Positions 44,701-57,400 of a stretch of 64,000 nucleotides of DNA are shown here, piece after piece; positions within the stretch are counted from its first letter, which is position 1; the number at the start of each line of letters is the position of its first letter. The stretch lies in the IMG/VR virus record IMGVR_UViG_3300035516_000278. One strand, given 5' to 3'. The DNA is from an uncultured virus (IMG/VR IMGVR_UViG_3300035516_000278). Taxonomy: Duplodnaviria; Heunggongvirae; Uroviricota; Caudoviricetes. The position numbers and the translations under genes are program-made. The notes beneath the pieces were generated by a model, which worked only from the letters and a program-made list of their open reading frames with translations, was not told the origin of the DNA and did not search any database.

Positions 44701-47700
44701 GAATATACTCAATGGAAGTAAGCCGACATAATGATAACGAATATGAAGATTTCTCTTAGATGGATATGAACACAATTAAGTCAATGGTTGATTGTAAATA
44801 TACATCTAATACAGAAGATTCAGCATATAAGTGCTTGGCATATAGTATGTACTATTAGTTATCAGAAATGTGTGATGTAAATGATGTAATGTATCGTGAT
44901 GAATATGGTAATTACATTAAAGCCGATACATTACCTAACTTTCCAAATAAATAGTATGGAACCAATAAAGGAGTATTCTATTCTTTTACTTAGGCTAATA
45001 AACATATAAATATTAAGAGCTTATTTGTTTATTATATTATAGCTTTAGTGTTTGGAATGGTGGATTCTTTATGTAAGAATATTACCTTTAGAAGTTGGGG
45101 AGGCTTATTGTGGTATTTAATGTTCTACGATATGGATACTGCAAATAAACTTGATAACAGTGGCGGTGATGTCGTTCCTTATGATGCACATTTACATCGG
45201 TTCTATAATATTAATCAAGGAGGATATACTGTTTCTGGAGATAGTCATAATACTGGTATTACTAGATTCAGTCCTACTGATACTGCAAATGACTTTACCC
45301 AATATTTTGCATCAACTAAAAGCAGATTGTGGGAGATTGCAGAATCTTTAGGTATTGATTATGATAAAAATGAAACTGAAAATTTAGGAGTTATATACTG
45401 GGATATTAGAACTAGAATATTAAGTAATCCTAAGTCTTTTATAGAAAATTATTTCGGAAAGTACATTGAAAATACTGGATCTATAGTTTATAATTATGAT
45501 TACTCAGTAAAATATCTTACTTTTACGAAAACCTACGATTCATCTACAGATAGCTATATTGAACAAGCCAGCGGTAGCCAAGCAGGTTATTTACATGGAA
45601 CCCGTGTAGATGAAATTAAAGATTGGTTTGAAAAGCGTATTTATTTCTTAGATAGTGTATTTAGTGATTATCAACCAACTAATGCAACATCTATTACTTC
45701 TCCATTAAATTCTACATGGTCTGATAATAAAGCAGGTGCTAAAGTATCAGGAGCTACTTCTGCAGTAGCTGTTTTAGCTGCTAAATCTAAAATTAAAATT
45801 ACTAACTCTTTGGAAAATTCTACATAGCAAACATTGTGGGTAGATGAAAATCCTCAGACAGTAACTTTAGCTATTGCAAATGGTGAAAAGAAAGTAACTT
45901 TTAACGGAAATAAATACATAACTTAGTTTGATAATTTTAAGGCGTTTAACTGGACTTATCTCTATACAGTTAATTTTCCTGAATTAACTACTTTAGATTT
46001 AACTAATGTTGCTTTAACAGGTGCATTATTTGGATCTAGTGTTGATACCAATGTTAATAAGGCTTATGATTCTACTCAAGATGTAGGATTAAAAAACGTT
46101 GAGAAAGTAATTCTTAATGGTCTTACAACAGGTGGTGGAGCAATTGACTTTTCAGAATGTACACGTCTTGAATATCTCGATTTATCTAATACCAAGTTTA
46201 GTTTACCTGGACTTTCTAATGCAGGTACACTAAAGACTTTATTATTAGCAAATACTAAATTAACTACTATTGATCTAGATGGTTATAGCTCATTAGAGAC
46301 CTTAGATTTATCTGGATGTACTGATTTAACAAGTATCAATTTAAAGAACTGTACTTCATTAAGTTATATTACAGTTCCTGCCAGTGTTAAAACTGTAGAG
46401 ATTACTAACTGTGGAATTACTCAATTAAGTATTCCTTATTACTCTAATAATAGGAGCAATCTGATTAGTGTACATATTGATAATTGTGATAACTTATTAT
46501 CCTTAGATCTGACAGGGTAGAATAATCCTGACTTAGTAGTTAATGTAAATGCCAAAAACTTACAAGATATTAATTTATCTTAGGTAGTTACCAACAACAT
46601 TACATTCCCTAGTAGGTATATTTTAAGTGGTGAGGAATATATAAAGAATGAATCCGCTATTACTGGCCTACGTTCTTTAAATATATCTGATACATCAATT
46701 ACCACTCTTTTCAAATATGCTGATGGTATAGATAGTGATGGCATTGATCTGTCTGATTAGCTGAATTTTGAAACTATTACTTGTACAAATAACTATAGTA
46801 TCTCCAAAATCACTTTGCCTAAAGATGTACAAGTAACTTTATCTTCTAAAGCTTTCTACAATTGTAGTTCTTTAGAAACTTTAATAGGTAAATTCTTAAT
46901 TGCAGGATCTCAAGTTTTTGAAGGTTGTAGAAGCCTCGCATTTAATTTTGATGATTTAACCTTAGATTTCAAATCTGGGTTATCTTCATTGAAAGGCATC
47001 TTTAAAGATTGCTCTAGCTTGGATTGGAGTTAGTCAGAGTTTTTAAGTATTATGGCTAAAATTCCGCTTACTGCTACTAACTTAGAGGAACTTTTCTATG
47101 GTTCAGGATTAAATAGTTGCACTTCAAAAGATATGTTTAAAAGATGTAGTAATGTAACTAACATAAATAAAGCCTTTACAAATACACATCTTTGGGGAAC
47201 ATTCTATTCTGGAGATAATGGTATTTTATCATATCTTCCTAACCTTGTAGAAGCTTAGTAGGCATTTGCAGGCACTCAACTATAGTGGATCGACAATGAT
47301 TTATTTAGAGGTAAATCTTTATATACAAACATAGACGAAATGTTTGCAAACTGTAGTGAATTAAAGAGTGCTATAGATACAAATGCTAATACTGTAGAAG
47401 AAGGATCTTTACATTCTAAAGACTTCTTCATTGATCTTATATCTATTAAAAACACAACTGGCACAGATTCTAACTATCCTTTAAATGTATTTTATGGCTG
47501 TACAGGTATTTCTATGGAAATAGATTATGAGGATGGAAATCCTTATTTATTCCATATAAAGAATGCTAATAGACAATATAAATTAGGTAGTGGATTATAC
47601 TCTGGAATAAAACTTATTGGAGAACTTAATTCAAATGTATTTGGAGCAGTAAGTAATACTATCGGAGATTATTATATACCCACATTTACTTCTATAAGTA

Positions 47701-49262
47701 GTCCTTTTGGAAATATTATTACAGGGGAACTTACAATGGATATTGAAAATATATCTAATATGATAGGAGATTACATGACTGAATTAGTTGCTCCTTTACA
47801 GGGAGTGACTATTACAGGAAATTCTAAGATTCCTACTGATATATTTAAAGATAAATCTAATTTAGTAAGTATTTCTGGGTTCTTCTCTGGATTAGACTTG
47901 AGTAATGGTGGAGAAATATTTGAGTTCCCCTCAGAAGACTTTTTCAAAGGTTGTACATCGTTAAAAGATGTAAGTTACTTATGGTATGGTAATACTAATT
48001 TAAAAATACATTTACTTGGGGAAGGTTTTAAAGACTGTGCTTTGCAGAATGTTTCTGCAATGTTAAGTAGTACAGCAACTTTTGGATATATTCCTTATAG
48101 ATTATTCTATATGGAACGTAATGGAGAGGTTAAACAAACTATTACAAATATGACAAATCTATTTGATAGTTGCTGGAATATAGGATATACATCTGATAGA
48201 TCTTACAAAATAGGATATTCTTTAAAATTAGATCCTGAACAATCAAATACAGTTCTTTCAAGAACTACCTGGACTGATCATATTGTGGATAATCCTGGAG
48301 AAGAGGTTCCTTATTCTTTAGGAGATTACGATGAAACAGATGAGTGGTATATAGATGGATATGAAGATGATGAAGAGAATAGTTTATTCAATAGCATGTC
48401 TTCTTCTATAAATGCCACTTAGCGATATGCCATTCCTGCAGATTTATTTAGATACTGTGCTAAGAATCCTAATTTAGCAGGCACATTATCAGGGTTATTC
48501 TATAAAGAGAATGTAATATTGACTGATGATAATGATGATTTATCTAGTATAACTTACACAAGTGATAGAAATGTAAATTAGACTGATACTTGGTAGGGGA
48601 TCAAAGGTAGAATACCTAGAAAATTATTCTAGAGTCTTATTACTACAGAAACTTTAAAGAGTGTATTTGCAAGTACTCATTTTGAACCCTTTATTCCTGC
48701 ATACTTTATTTCTGGAAGTTCTTATGTTGCTGGAACAATGTATCCAGATGATCTATTTAAATATAATACAGAATTAAAGGATATATCCAGTATGTTTGAA
48801 GACACAGAAATTTATACAGGATGCTCTATAAATGAAGATTTATTTGCTAATTGTGCATTAACAAATGTTTCTGGTTTATGGAAGAATTGCATATTTGATG
48901 TTACTTCTTATGAAAGTATAAAAGACCTAAATCCTTTAGAAAATAGCCCCTTAAAAGATAATCCTATTACAGATGCTTCTAGTTTGTTTGAAGTATCGAG
49001 AGTATATGCTGGACTTAGAGGACCATTAACTATAACAGCAGATATTCTTGAGGGTTGTGAAGATTATATTACAAATATTAGTAGTATGTTTGCTTACTGT
49101 ACTTAGATGGTTGGTTATGTTCCAACATTTAGTGCTTGTGCAAACTTAACTAAATATAGTGGTTATTTAACAGGATGTCCTAAAGATAATATTAAGAACG
49201 CTGATGACATTATTTCTGGAGGTAAATTAATTCCAGATACATGGTCATTAGACGATAATTAA
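41739..49262 (+). CDS. giant protein with a CotH-kinase-like domain and leucine-rich repeats, 2507 aa (TAG=Gln)
   Basis: Eight track fragments lie in one frame. GIYNFNLG, FGMVDSLCKN and FYDMDTA motifs; LETLDLSGCTDLTSINLKNCTSL and FKxCxxL repeats of BspA/LRR type. Confidence 0.8.
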
Positions 49263-49273
49263 CAATTTTAATA

Positions 49274-49516
49274 ATGGCAGGACCTAAACCTAACGCTTCA
49301 GGAATGGATTCTATTTCTATTCCTGTAAAATAGTCTAATTATGAAGTAATTAAACCACTGCCAATTAAACGCGATTATTATACCGCTGAAGAATGGAGAA
49401 GAGCATATCTGGATGGAAAAGTACGTGATAAGAATAAGCGATATGTTAATCAATATTTTCCCGATTTAGGCATCGGGTAGTGGAGACAACAACTTAACGC
49501 TAGAATGGGCCTATGA
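49274..49516 (+). CDS. small hypothetical protein (two TAG)
   Basis: 80-aa read-through ORF with an ATGA overlap. Confidence 0.6.
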
Positions 49517-49887
49517 AAGAATATTATCGGATTACAATAGTTATACTAAAGTATATTCCGATAATATTCTTATTCGTAAGTTTATTGAATTTAGTGAACG
49601 TAGCATTAAATGTACACGTACTTGGCTATCTAAACGATTTAGTAGGAATAGCTATTGTGCCTGTAGTATTCTTTCTTATATGCTCCTTTTTATTCAGATT
49701 TTGTTATTACCACAAAATGTTACTCGGCTATTCACTAATTGTTGGAATTATTACTTTACTGGATAAGATATTTGTATTTAGCATTTTTGTATTAAACAGT
49801 ATTATTTATTTCTTACTCTTTTTAGGAATTAGTTTATTAATCTACGTATTTTTTAATTATGAGCGATCTAAGAAATGTGATAGGTGA
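49513..49887 (+). CDS. multi-pass membrane protein
   Basis: 124 aa with about four hydrophobic segments. Confidence 0.75.
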   Translation: MKEYYRITIVILKYIPIIFLFVSLLNLVNVALNVHVLGYLNDLVGIAIVPVVFFLICSFLFRFCYYHKMLLGYSLIVGIITLLDKIFVFSIFVLNSIIYFLLFLGISLLIYVFFNYERSKKCDR

Positions 49888-50134
49888 TTATGTCGAACAA
49901 ATTGGAAAAGATATAAAATCCGGTGACTGTTCATTAGATAAAGATGAACTCCTTCACATGTTTTCATTAATAGGGCACATTAAACTTAATAAGGCGGATG
50001 CAGCCGAGGAACTTAGTATTTCAGTTAGAACCTTTGATAGAAAGATTACTTCTGGAGAATTACCTAAAGGAAAGAAAGTTCCACATCATAATAATTTAAT
50101 TTGGTATTTGGATGAACTTAAAAATTCCGATTGA
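49859..50134 (+). CDS. HTH DNA-binding protein, excisionase/AlpA-like
   Basis: LNKADAAEELSISVRTFDRKITSGELPKG...LIWY. Confidence 0.75.
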   Translation: MSDLRNVIGDYVEQIGKDIKSGDCSLDKDELLHMFSLIGHIKLNKADAAEELSISVRTFDRKITSGELPKGKKVPHHNNLIWYLDELKNSD

Positions 50135-50141
50135 CCAATCC

Positions 50142-50184
50142 ATTGAGGGTCTAAGTAGCTGATACTTAGGCCCTTAATGTTTTT
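50142..50184 (+). terminator. intrinsic terminator
   Basis: CATTGAGGGTCTAAGTA / TACTTAGGCCCTTAATG stem followed by TTTTT. Confidence 0.7.
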
Positions 50185-50264
50185 ATGACCATTTGCTACA
50201 CTTAGCTTCTATACTTACTATCATTGTGTACTGATAATATTGTCAGCAACTAAAACTAATTCTT

Positions 50265-51236
50265 ATGAGTGATAGTAAAGTATTTATGTTCCCAGAAGGA
50301 GCAAGCAGAGGAAGTGTAGATCCTGCATTGCTTATGTCTCTTGCCAATAATGGTGGTATGGGAGGTGCTGGTTGGATGTGGGTTATTTTCCTTATGTTCT
50401 TATGGCCTCTTATGGAAAATGGAGGTTTGTGGGGTAATAGAAATAATCAGGCCACTAATGGTACTGACTTTCTTGCCAACATGTATAATAATGATTCAGG
50501 TAGAGAACTTATTATGCAAGCTGTAAATGGTAACAACACAGCTATCCAGCAATTATCTCAGATGTTTGGATGTAAAACAGATTCCATTCAATAGGCAATT
50601 AATGCTGCAACTACATAGATTCAATCTGTTGGTAATCAGGTTGGTTTAAGTGGTTCCCAAGTAATTAATGCTATTCAGGCAGGTAATGCTTAGCTTGCAA
50701 ATCAATTAGCACAGACTTGCTCACAGGCAGCTTTGTCTAATTGTCAGCAGACTAATACAATTACAAATGCAATTAACAATACTGGTAATAGTTTAAATAA
50801 TGCTATTAGTGGTGTTGCAAGAGAACTTGAGTAGGGATTCTCATAGACTGGGTATGCTACTCAACAGTAGACTTGTCAAATACAGGATAGTATAAGTAAA
50901 TTAAATAATAATATTTCTCAGCAATTCTGTAATTTGAAAGAATCCGCAATGCAGGATAAGATTGATTCCTTAATGGAAAAGAATAGTACATTGGCTACAC
51001 AGATCAATCTTGAACATTAGAATCAATATACTTCCCAGCTTATTGGTTAGAGCTTAATTCCTGTAAATCAGGCATTAACTGCTTTAAATGGACAAGTTAA
51101 TTCAATTATTTCTAAGATGCCTGAAACTGCTACCATAGCTTATTCTCCTTTTACTGCTGTACCTAATTGTGTAGCATATAATATGGGATTATATGGTAAT
51201 GGTTACGCTTGTGGTAATAACGGATTTTGGTATTGA
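50265..51236 (+). CDS. Asn/Gln-rich coiled-coil protein with an N-terminal TM segment, 323 aa (TAG=Gln)
   Basis: GWMWVIFLMFLWPL followed by a long N/Q-rich heptad region in which TAG falls among Gln codons. Confidence 0.75.
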
Positions 51237-51238
51237 TT

Positions 51239-51544
51239 ATGGTTTGGACTAATAGAAGAGGAATCCCCGTAGTTCCTACTTTAAATGTTACAGTTGGTAC
51301 TGATAATATCATAGTAACATTGCCAAATCATACTTTCTTAAATACGTGTGCTTCTGGCGTGTTACTTGTATATTTACAAGATGAGATAATTTCTACTACA
51401 GCTTTACCAATTCTTATTTAGATAAACGAAGAAACTAGACCATTAGTAACTTATGGCAATGAAGCTGTAACTACAACTAATACTAAGACTGGCTATTATT
51501 AGATATTCTATAATAAAGAATAGAATGTTTTACAATTACTTTAA
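51239..51544 (+). CDS. hypothetical protein, 101 aa (TAG=Gln)
   Basis: Read-through ORF abutting both neighbours. Confidence 0.7.
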
Positions 51545-51546
51545 GT

Positions 51547-52029
51547 ATGTTCTCAGCTCTACGACAAGGTAATTCTCTTTATATATTAGAGAAAGGAGAT
51601 GCGCCTAAATTAAGTATAGGCCAAGTAATCAGTGTAAGTGCTCCACAAACAAAGTTTGGATCATTCCCAACTGATACTACTGTAGATATTACTGTAAAAG
51701 TAAATGATTCTACTCAAGAATTTAAATAGATTCCTAGTACACTTACTATTGCAAACTTTGGGTCTGCAGTAATAAGTGAAACTAAGGAATCTATGTCAAA
51801 TGAAGTTGAATCTTTATTAAGAAATAGTAGACAAGTAATTGAAAGTGTTCCCTATCATGAGAAAGCAATTGAATCATTTGAAGGAATACTTAAAGATTTG
51901 AATCCTCAGTTTGCTAAATAGAAAGCTTAGGAAGAAAAAATAGACAGTTTAGAAACTAAAGTAGGAGGAATCTAGAATAAACTAGATAGTATTTACACAA
52001 TGTTAAACAAGGCATTAAATAAAGAATAA
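51547..52029 (+). CDS. hypothetical protein with a C-terminal coiled coil, 160 aa (TAG=Gln)
   Basis: MFSALRQG...; read-through to TAA at 52029. Confidence 0.75.
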
Positions 52030-52030
52030 T

Positions 52031-52183
52031 ATGTATTACGAATATGAAGATGAGGAATATCATGTTCTTGAATGTGCTAAGAAAATATTAAAGCACTGCC
52101 AGAAGTTAGTTGATTGGCTAGAGGAACATGAGGAAGAAGATGAAGAGATTGAAACTAAACATCGTCGTCATTCTAGATATTAA
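52031..52183 (+). CDS. small acidic hypothetical protein
   Basis: 50-aa ORF abutting both neighbours. Confidence 0.6.
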   Translation: MYYEYEDEEYHVLECAKKILKHCQKLVDWLEEHEEEDEEIETKHRRHSRY

Positions 52184-52185
52184 TT

Positions 52186-52605
52186 ATGAAACGGGAAAGT
52201 CTTGACTTATATGATACTAGACCTTATGAAATGATCCAGTATTTACGTCATAATGGTATGCACTTTAATAGAAAAATGTGTGATTTTGCAGTCAGTAAAA
52301 TGACGAAAATAAATAGTAATGGAAAACAAGAAAAGATTACCATTATAACTAAACAAACACTGGATGAACTTTTAAAGAGATACAATATTACTTTAAATAA
52401 TAATCAATTATACGATTATGTTTATGTAGCTAATATGTGTAAAGCTGACTTTCTTGGTTCTAGTATTAAAGATGAAGAACATCTTGCTCATTATGTAAAG
52501 GATGTTATAGATGATGATGATGCTTACGATGGAATAGTATTTAATCGTTGGTATGCTGATATGTGTAGATTAGGTATTCCAATTGATTGGGAAGAAATGC
52601 TGTAA
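52186..52605 (+). CDS. hypothetical protein
   Basis: 139-aa ORF. Confidence 0.8.
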   Translation: MKRESLDLYDTRPYEMIQYLRHNGMHFNRKMCDFAVSKMTKINSNGKQEKITIITKQTLDELLKRYNITLNNNQLYDYVYVANMCKADFLGSSIKDEEHLAHYVKDVIDDDDAYDGIVFNRWYADMCRLGIPIDWEEML

Positions 52606-52683
52606 AATTAAGTATTTAAGCATTTAATTTTGCAGAACTTATAAAATTTACTAACTTTACCTAAATTAAGGTAAAGCCTAATG

Positions 52684-52713
52684 AGGAGGGCTTATTACAA
52701 GCTCTCCTTTTTT
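52684..52713 (+). terminator. intrinsic terminator candidate
   Basis: AGGAGGGCTT / AAGCTCTCCT stem followed by a T-run. Confidence 0.6.
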
Positions 52714-52725
52714 ATTATATATACT

Positions 52726-53301
52726 ATGACAGTAATACTTGATGCTGGACACGGAGTTGAAACTCCAGGCAAAAGATCTCCTGATGAGACTTTAAGAGAA
52801 TATAAATACTGCAGAGAAATTGCTTAGAAGGTAAAAGATATTCTTACTTCTAAGGGAATTAAGGTAGTATTTATTATGGAAAATATTGATGAAGATGTCG
52901 CTCTATCTAAAAGATGTAAGACCGTTAATCAGATTTGTAAAACCGATAATTGTATTTTGGTGTCGATACACTGTGATGCTTATGGTTCTGATGGCAAATG
53001 GCATACAGCTTCTGGATGGAGCGCACGTGTTTCTCTTAATGCCTCCTCCAAAAGTAAAGAACTTGCAGGATATTTATTTGATTCTGCTAAATCTCATAAT
53101 CTTAAAACAAGACAATACAGACCTACTGAAAAGTATTGGCAATAGAACTTAGCAATTTGTAGAGATACAAACTGCCCAGCTGTTTTGACTGAGAATTTGT
53201 TTCAAGATAATGAAGAAGATGTAAAGTTCTTACTAGCACATAAAGATGAAATCGCTGATTTACATGTTCAAGGTATTCTTGAATATATAAAGAATCATTG
53301 A
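52726..53301 (+). CDS. N-acetylmuramoyl-L-alanine amidase (Amidase_3), endolysin candidate, 191 aa (TAG at 52825 and 53143)
   Basis: ILDAGHG...RE, VSIHCDA and PAVLTENLF zinc-amidase motifs fall in one ORF only with read-through. Confidence 0.92.
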
Positions 53302-53335
53302 GATACTTATAATATAAATGTAAATATGGACTAAT

Positions 53336-54391
53336 ATGGCTGAAGTGTTAAATTAGGATCCTGTTGAATACAATTTCGACACAGAGGAGGATCCTTCTGT
53401 AGATGAGGTAATTGATGATAATGGAGATGACAATCAACCTACTCCTCCTATTAACAATTTACCTCCGAATAATGATGTTCCTGAGCCTCCTGCTCCTCCG
53501 GTTTTAGATGAAACTGTAGCAGCTCTTTTGAAGGCACAAGGAATTTCTGACCCTAGTAGAATTATTTTTGAAGACACAAACGGTAACCATCAAGAAATTG
53601 CTTGGAATAACCTTACATTACAAGAGCGTATGAATATGCTCCGCGGAGAAGACCCTGAAGTTGGTCTTTCTGCGGATGAAATTAATATGCTTAATGAAAT
53701 GCGTCAAAGCAATATGACTTCTGAATAGTTTAAGAATTACTATAAACAAGCAGGAGCCAGAGAATATGCAAATAATAAAGAGCCTGAATATAACTTATCA
53801 GTTAATCAGCTTACAGATGATGAATTATTTATTTTAGATTTGCAATCCAAAGTAGAAGATTTAACTGACGAAGAGGCTCTTGCAGCACTTGATACAGCAA
53901 AACAGAATGAAGCATTGTATGCACGTCAGGTTGAAGGGTTAAGAAGAGATTACCAAGCTAAGGAAGAGAGAATGAATCAAGAAGAAGCCTATGCTCAGCA
54001 ACAAGAAAAAGCTCAACAGTTTGGTGAATTTAAAAATTCCGTCCTTAATAGTATCCAGAGTTTAAATAGCATTGGAGACATTGGTATTAACCTTGATAAT
54101 GATGATAAAGAAAATCTTGCTTCATTTATTTTAGATACAGACGATACTGGTGTAAGCTACCTAGGTAAAGCATTAAACGACCCGCAGTTGTTAGTGCAGC
54201 TTGCGTGGTTTGCTTTACATGGTGCAGATACATTTAATAGTATTTCAGATTATATGGCTGAGGAAATTAAGCGTGTTGGTCAAAGTAATTATGATAAGGG
54301 TTACAGAGATGGACAGAATCGTCAGCCAAGTTCAAGAGTTGTTTATTAGCAACCACAACGAGATGTAAATTCTTACTTAGATTTAATCTAA
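53336..54391 (+). CDS. acidic protein upstream of MCP, possible scaffold, 351 aa (TAG=Gln)
   Basis: Acidic, Pro-rich N-terminus and coiled coil; fragments 53528 and 53840 are in frame. Confidence 0.7.
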
Positions 54392-54413
54392 CTAGAAAAT
54401 AAAATGATTTAAT

Positions 54414-57400
54414 ATGATTGTAGCACAAATGACGAACTTACGTCCTACGATGAGCGAAACGAGGACGTATGAAGATTTTTATAAGGTCATTGGTACAAAG
54501 CCCCACATGCTCGGTGTTTTGTCTCGTATGAATCCTGACCTTACTACCAACTTTATTACTGAAGGTTTACGTAACGTATTCTATAACGATAATAAGAAGT
54601 CTAACCGTTTCCAGTCAATTGACTCCATGTATTTCGATTGGGAAATTGAATCTAATCAGATTAAGAAGATTCAGTTTGCTGAAGTACCCACCGAGGTTGG
54701 TACTGATGGTACCGAAATTACTATGAAGTTTACTGAGCGCTGGTATGAGAAATATGATATTTTCAAGATTGACAAAACTCGTCAGCAGTGTATCGTAGTT
54801 TCTCGTCCTATCCGTCGTGCAGATAACTGCTGGGAAGTACAGGTTCGTTTGGTAGATAACAACTACGATACGGAGCTTGATCTCGAAGGCTGCCAGATTG
54901 GTGATACTACTACATTCCAGTCTAATGCAGTTCCTGAAATGTCAGAGGAAGGCTACGTTAAGTATCAGAGTAAACAAATATTGCTCCTTGTCATTGTGAG
55001 ATGACTCGAAGAAGCTTTTTAATTGCTGGAAACTTACAATAATTTGTAACAATCAGCAGCGAAGATTGAGATTGTGCAAACATTTTTATGGAGCACTCAA
55101 TAACGTTCAACGACTATCCCGCAAGGGAGTACACCTAAAGGTGGAAATGGAAGCTAACTTTATGAAATATATAATATATTAGACGCTCAATACAATCAAT
55201 AACAAAATCTATGTCGGAGTACATAAAACTAAAGATCCAGAAGTTTTTGATGGATATATAGGATGTGGTATTAGAATAAATATGCCAAGTTCCTATAATA
55301 ATCCGTCAACTCCTTTACAATTTGCAGTAAATAAATATGGAACTAAAGCCTTTAAGAGATCAACTCTTTATATATTTGATACTCCAGAAGAGGCTTATGC
55401 AGAAGAAGCGAGATTGGTAAATAAAGACTTTATCCGCAGAACTGATACCTATAATGCTAAATTAGGTGGTTATGGAAGAAATAGTTGGTTTACAAAAGTT
55501 TATCAATTCACTTTAGATGGTACATTTGTAAAGATGTGGGATTCACTTATAGAGGCTTCCGATTTTTACGGAGTATCTCATACTGCAATTTTACAAGCTG
55601 CTAAATTCAAAGGAAGTTGTAAACGATTCTTTTGGTCTTATGTTGAAAATCCTGATTTATCTAAATACACTAGTAGTGTAGGAACTATTTGCTATCAATA
55701 TGATTCTGATGGTCATTATTGCAATACTTACAATTCTTATTTTGAAGCAATGCAAGATAATGACATTTCAGAACAATCCTTATCAAGGGCAATTAAAGGA
55801 GGATATAATCTTAAAGGATTTTATTACAGTACTAAACTCTTAGAAGAATATAATGGAAAACCTAAAGTATCTTTAAAAGGCAAATCCATTTATGTATATT
55901 CTTTAGATGGAGAATTTATTACTGAACTTAAAAACTCTACAGAGATTTATGAGTTCTTCAATATTAAAACAACTCATGCAATTACTACAGCATTGAGAAC
56001 AGAACGACCATATAAGCAATATCAAATATCTTTAGAGCATGTGCTACAAATGCCTAAAGTTATAAACAAAAGAAACATCAGCAAGCCTGTTGAGTGTTAT
56101 GATTTATATGGTAATTTGATTGAAGAATTTAAAAGCATTACTGAAGCTGTGAAGAAATATGGAACTGGAGTTCAGAAAGTTCTAAAAGGGCAGCAACAAG
56201 TATGCAAAGAACATATATTTCAGTATAAAAGTTAATGATATAGTCTACATTTTTAAAAATGTGAATATTGAGAAGCATAGAGGTTACATTAATACCTTCC
56301 GTGTTGATGATTCTTACTCTTCTCTTTACAAGATCCATGAGCAGAAGTTTATTTCAATTGCAGAAGGTAAAGATCAGGGTAGCTTAAAAGAGACTATCTA
56401 TAAGATGGATACCGTTGAAAAGAACCTCTTGGATAACTTCCAGTTCGTAAAGAATCAGGGACTTCTTTTGAACAAGTCAAATATTGATCCTAAGACAGGA
56501 AAACCGACGATATGTGACCCTAAACTCCAGTATTGGGGTCAAGCAGCTTAACATAAGTTGCAAAAAGCAAAATCTACTGAATTGCTGGAAATCTAAACGG
56601 ATAATGCCGTAGACAATCAGCAGCCAAGACTATACATAGGCAGGCTCGTATGAGTAGCGTATAGTAAGGTTCAACGACTAGCCGCAGGGCGTACACACTT
56701 TATGTGTGGAAGTGGTAGATTCTTATTTTAAAATGTTAAAATATATTTGAATATGATTTATATTGTATATTGTACTACCAATATTCTTAATAAGAAGATT
56801 TATATTGGTGTTCATAAGTGTGAGTCTAATAAGTTTGATGGTTATATTGGCTGTGGTGTTTATGTAAATAAACCTAGTACCTATAATAAACCTAAAACAA
56901 CTTTTCAGTTTGCAGTACAAAAGTATGGGCCTAGCAACTTTAAACGTATTGTTATTAAAGAATACGATAATTTAGAGGATGCTTATAATTTAGAGGCGGA
57001 ACTTGTAAATAAAGAATTTCTTCAAAGAAAGGATGTTTATAATGAAATTCTTGGAGGAAATGTGGGCGATACTACAACAGCAGTACCTTGTTCACAGTAT
57101 GATTTAAATGGTAAATATCTTAGAAGTTTTGATTCTCAACAAGACGCTGCTAGATATGTTGGCAGAGGTTTTTCAACAATCAAACATGCCATTAAAAATC
57201 ATGTAAAATCTGCTGATAGTTATTGGGCACTTGAAAAAGTTGATACTTTAGACTTAACTAATTACAAAACTACTGATAATAGAGTTCCAGTATTTCAATA
57301 CTCTATAAATGGCGAATATGATTGCTGTTATGAATCTGTTGCTGATGCAGCGAGAGTAAATAATGAAGCTACTTCTAATATCTCTAGAAGTTGTAAACTA

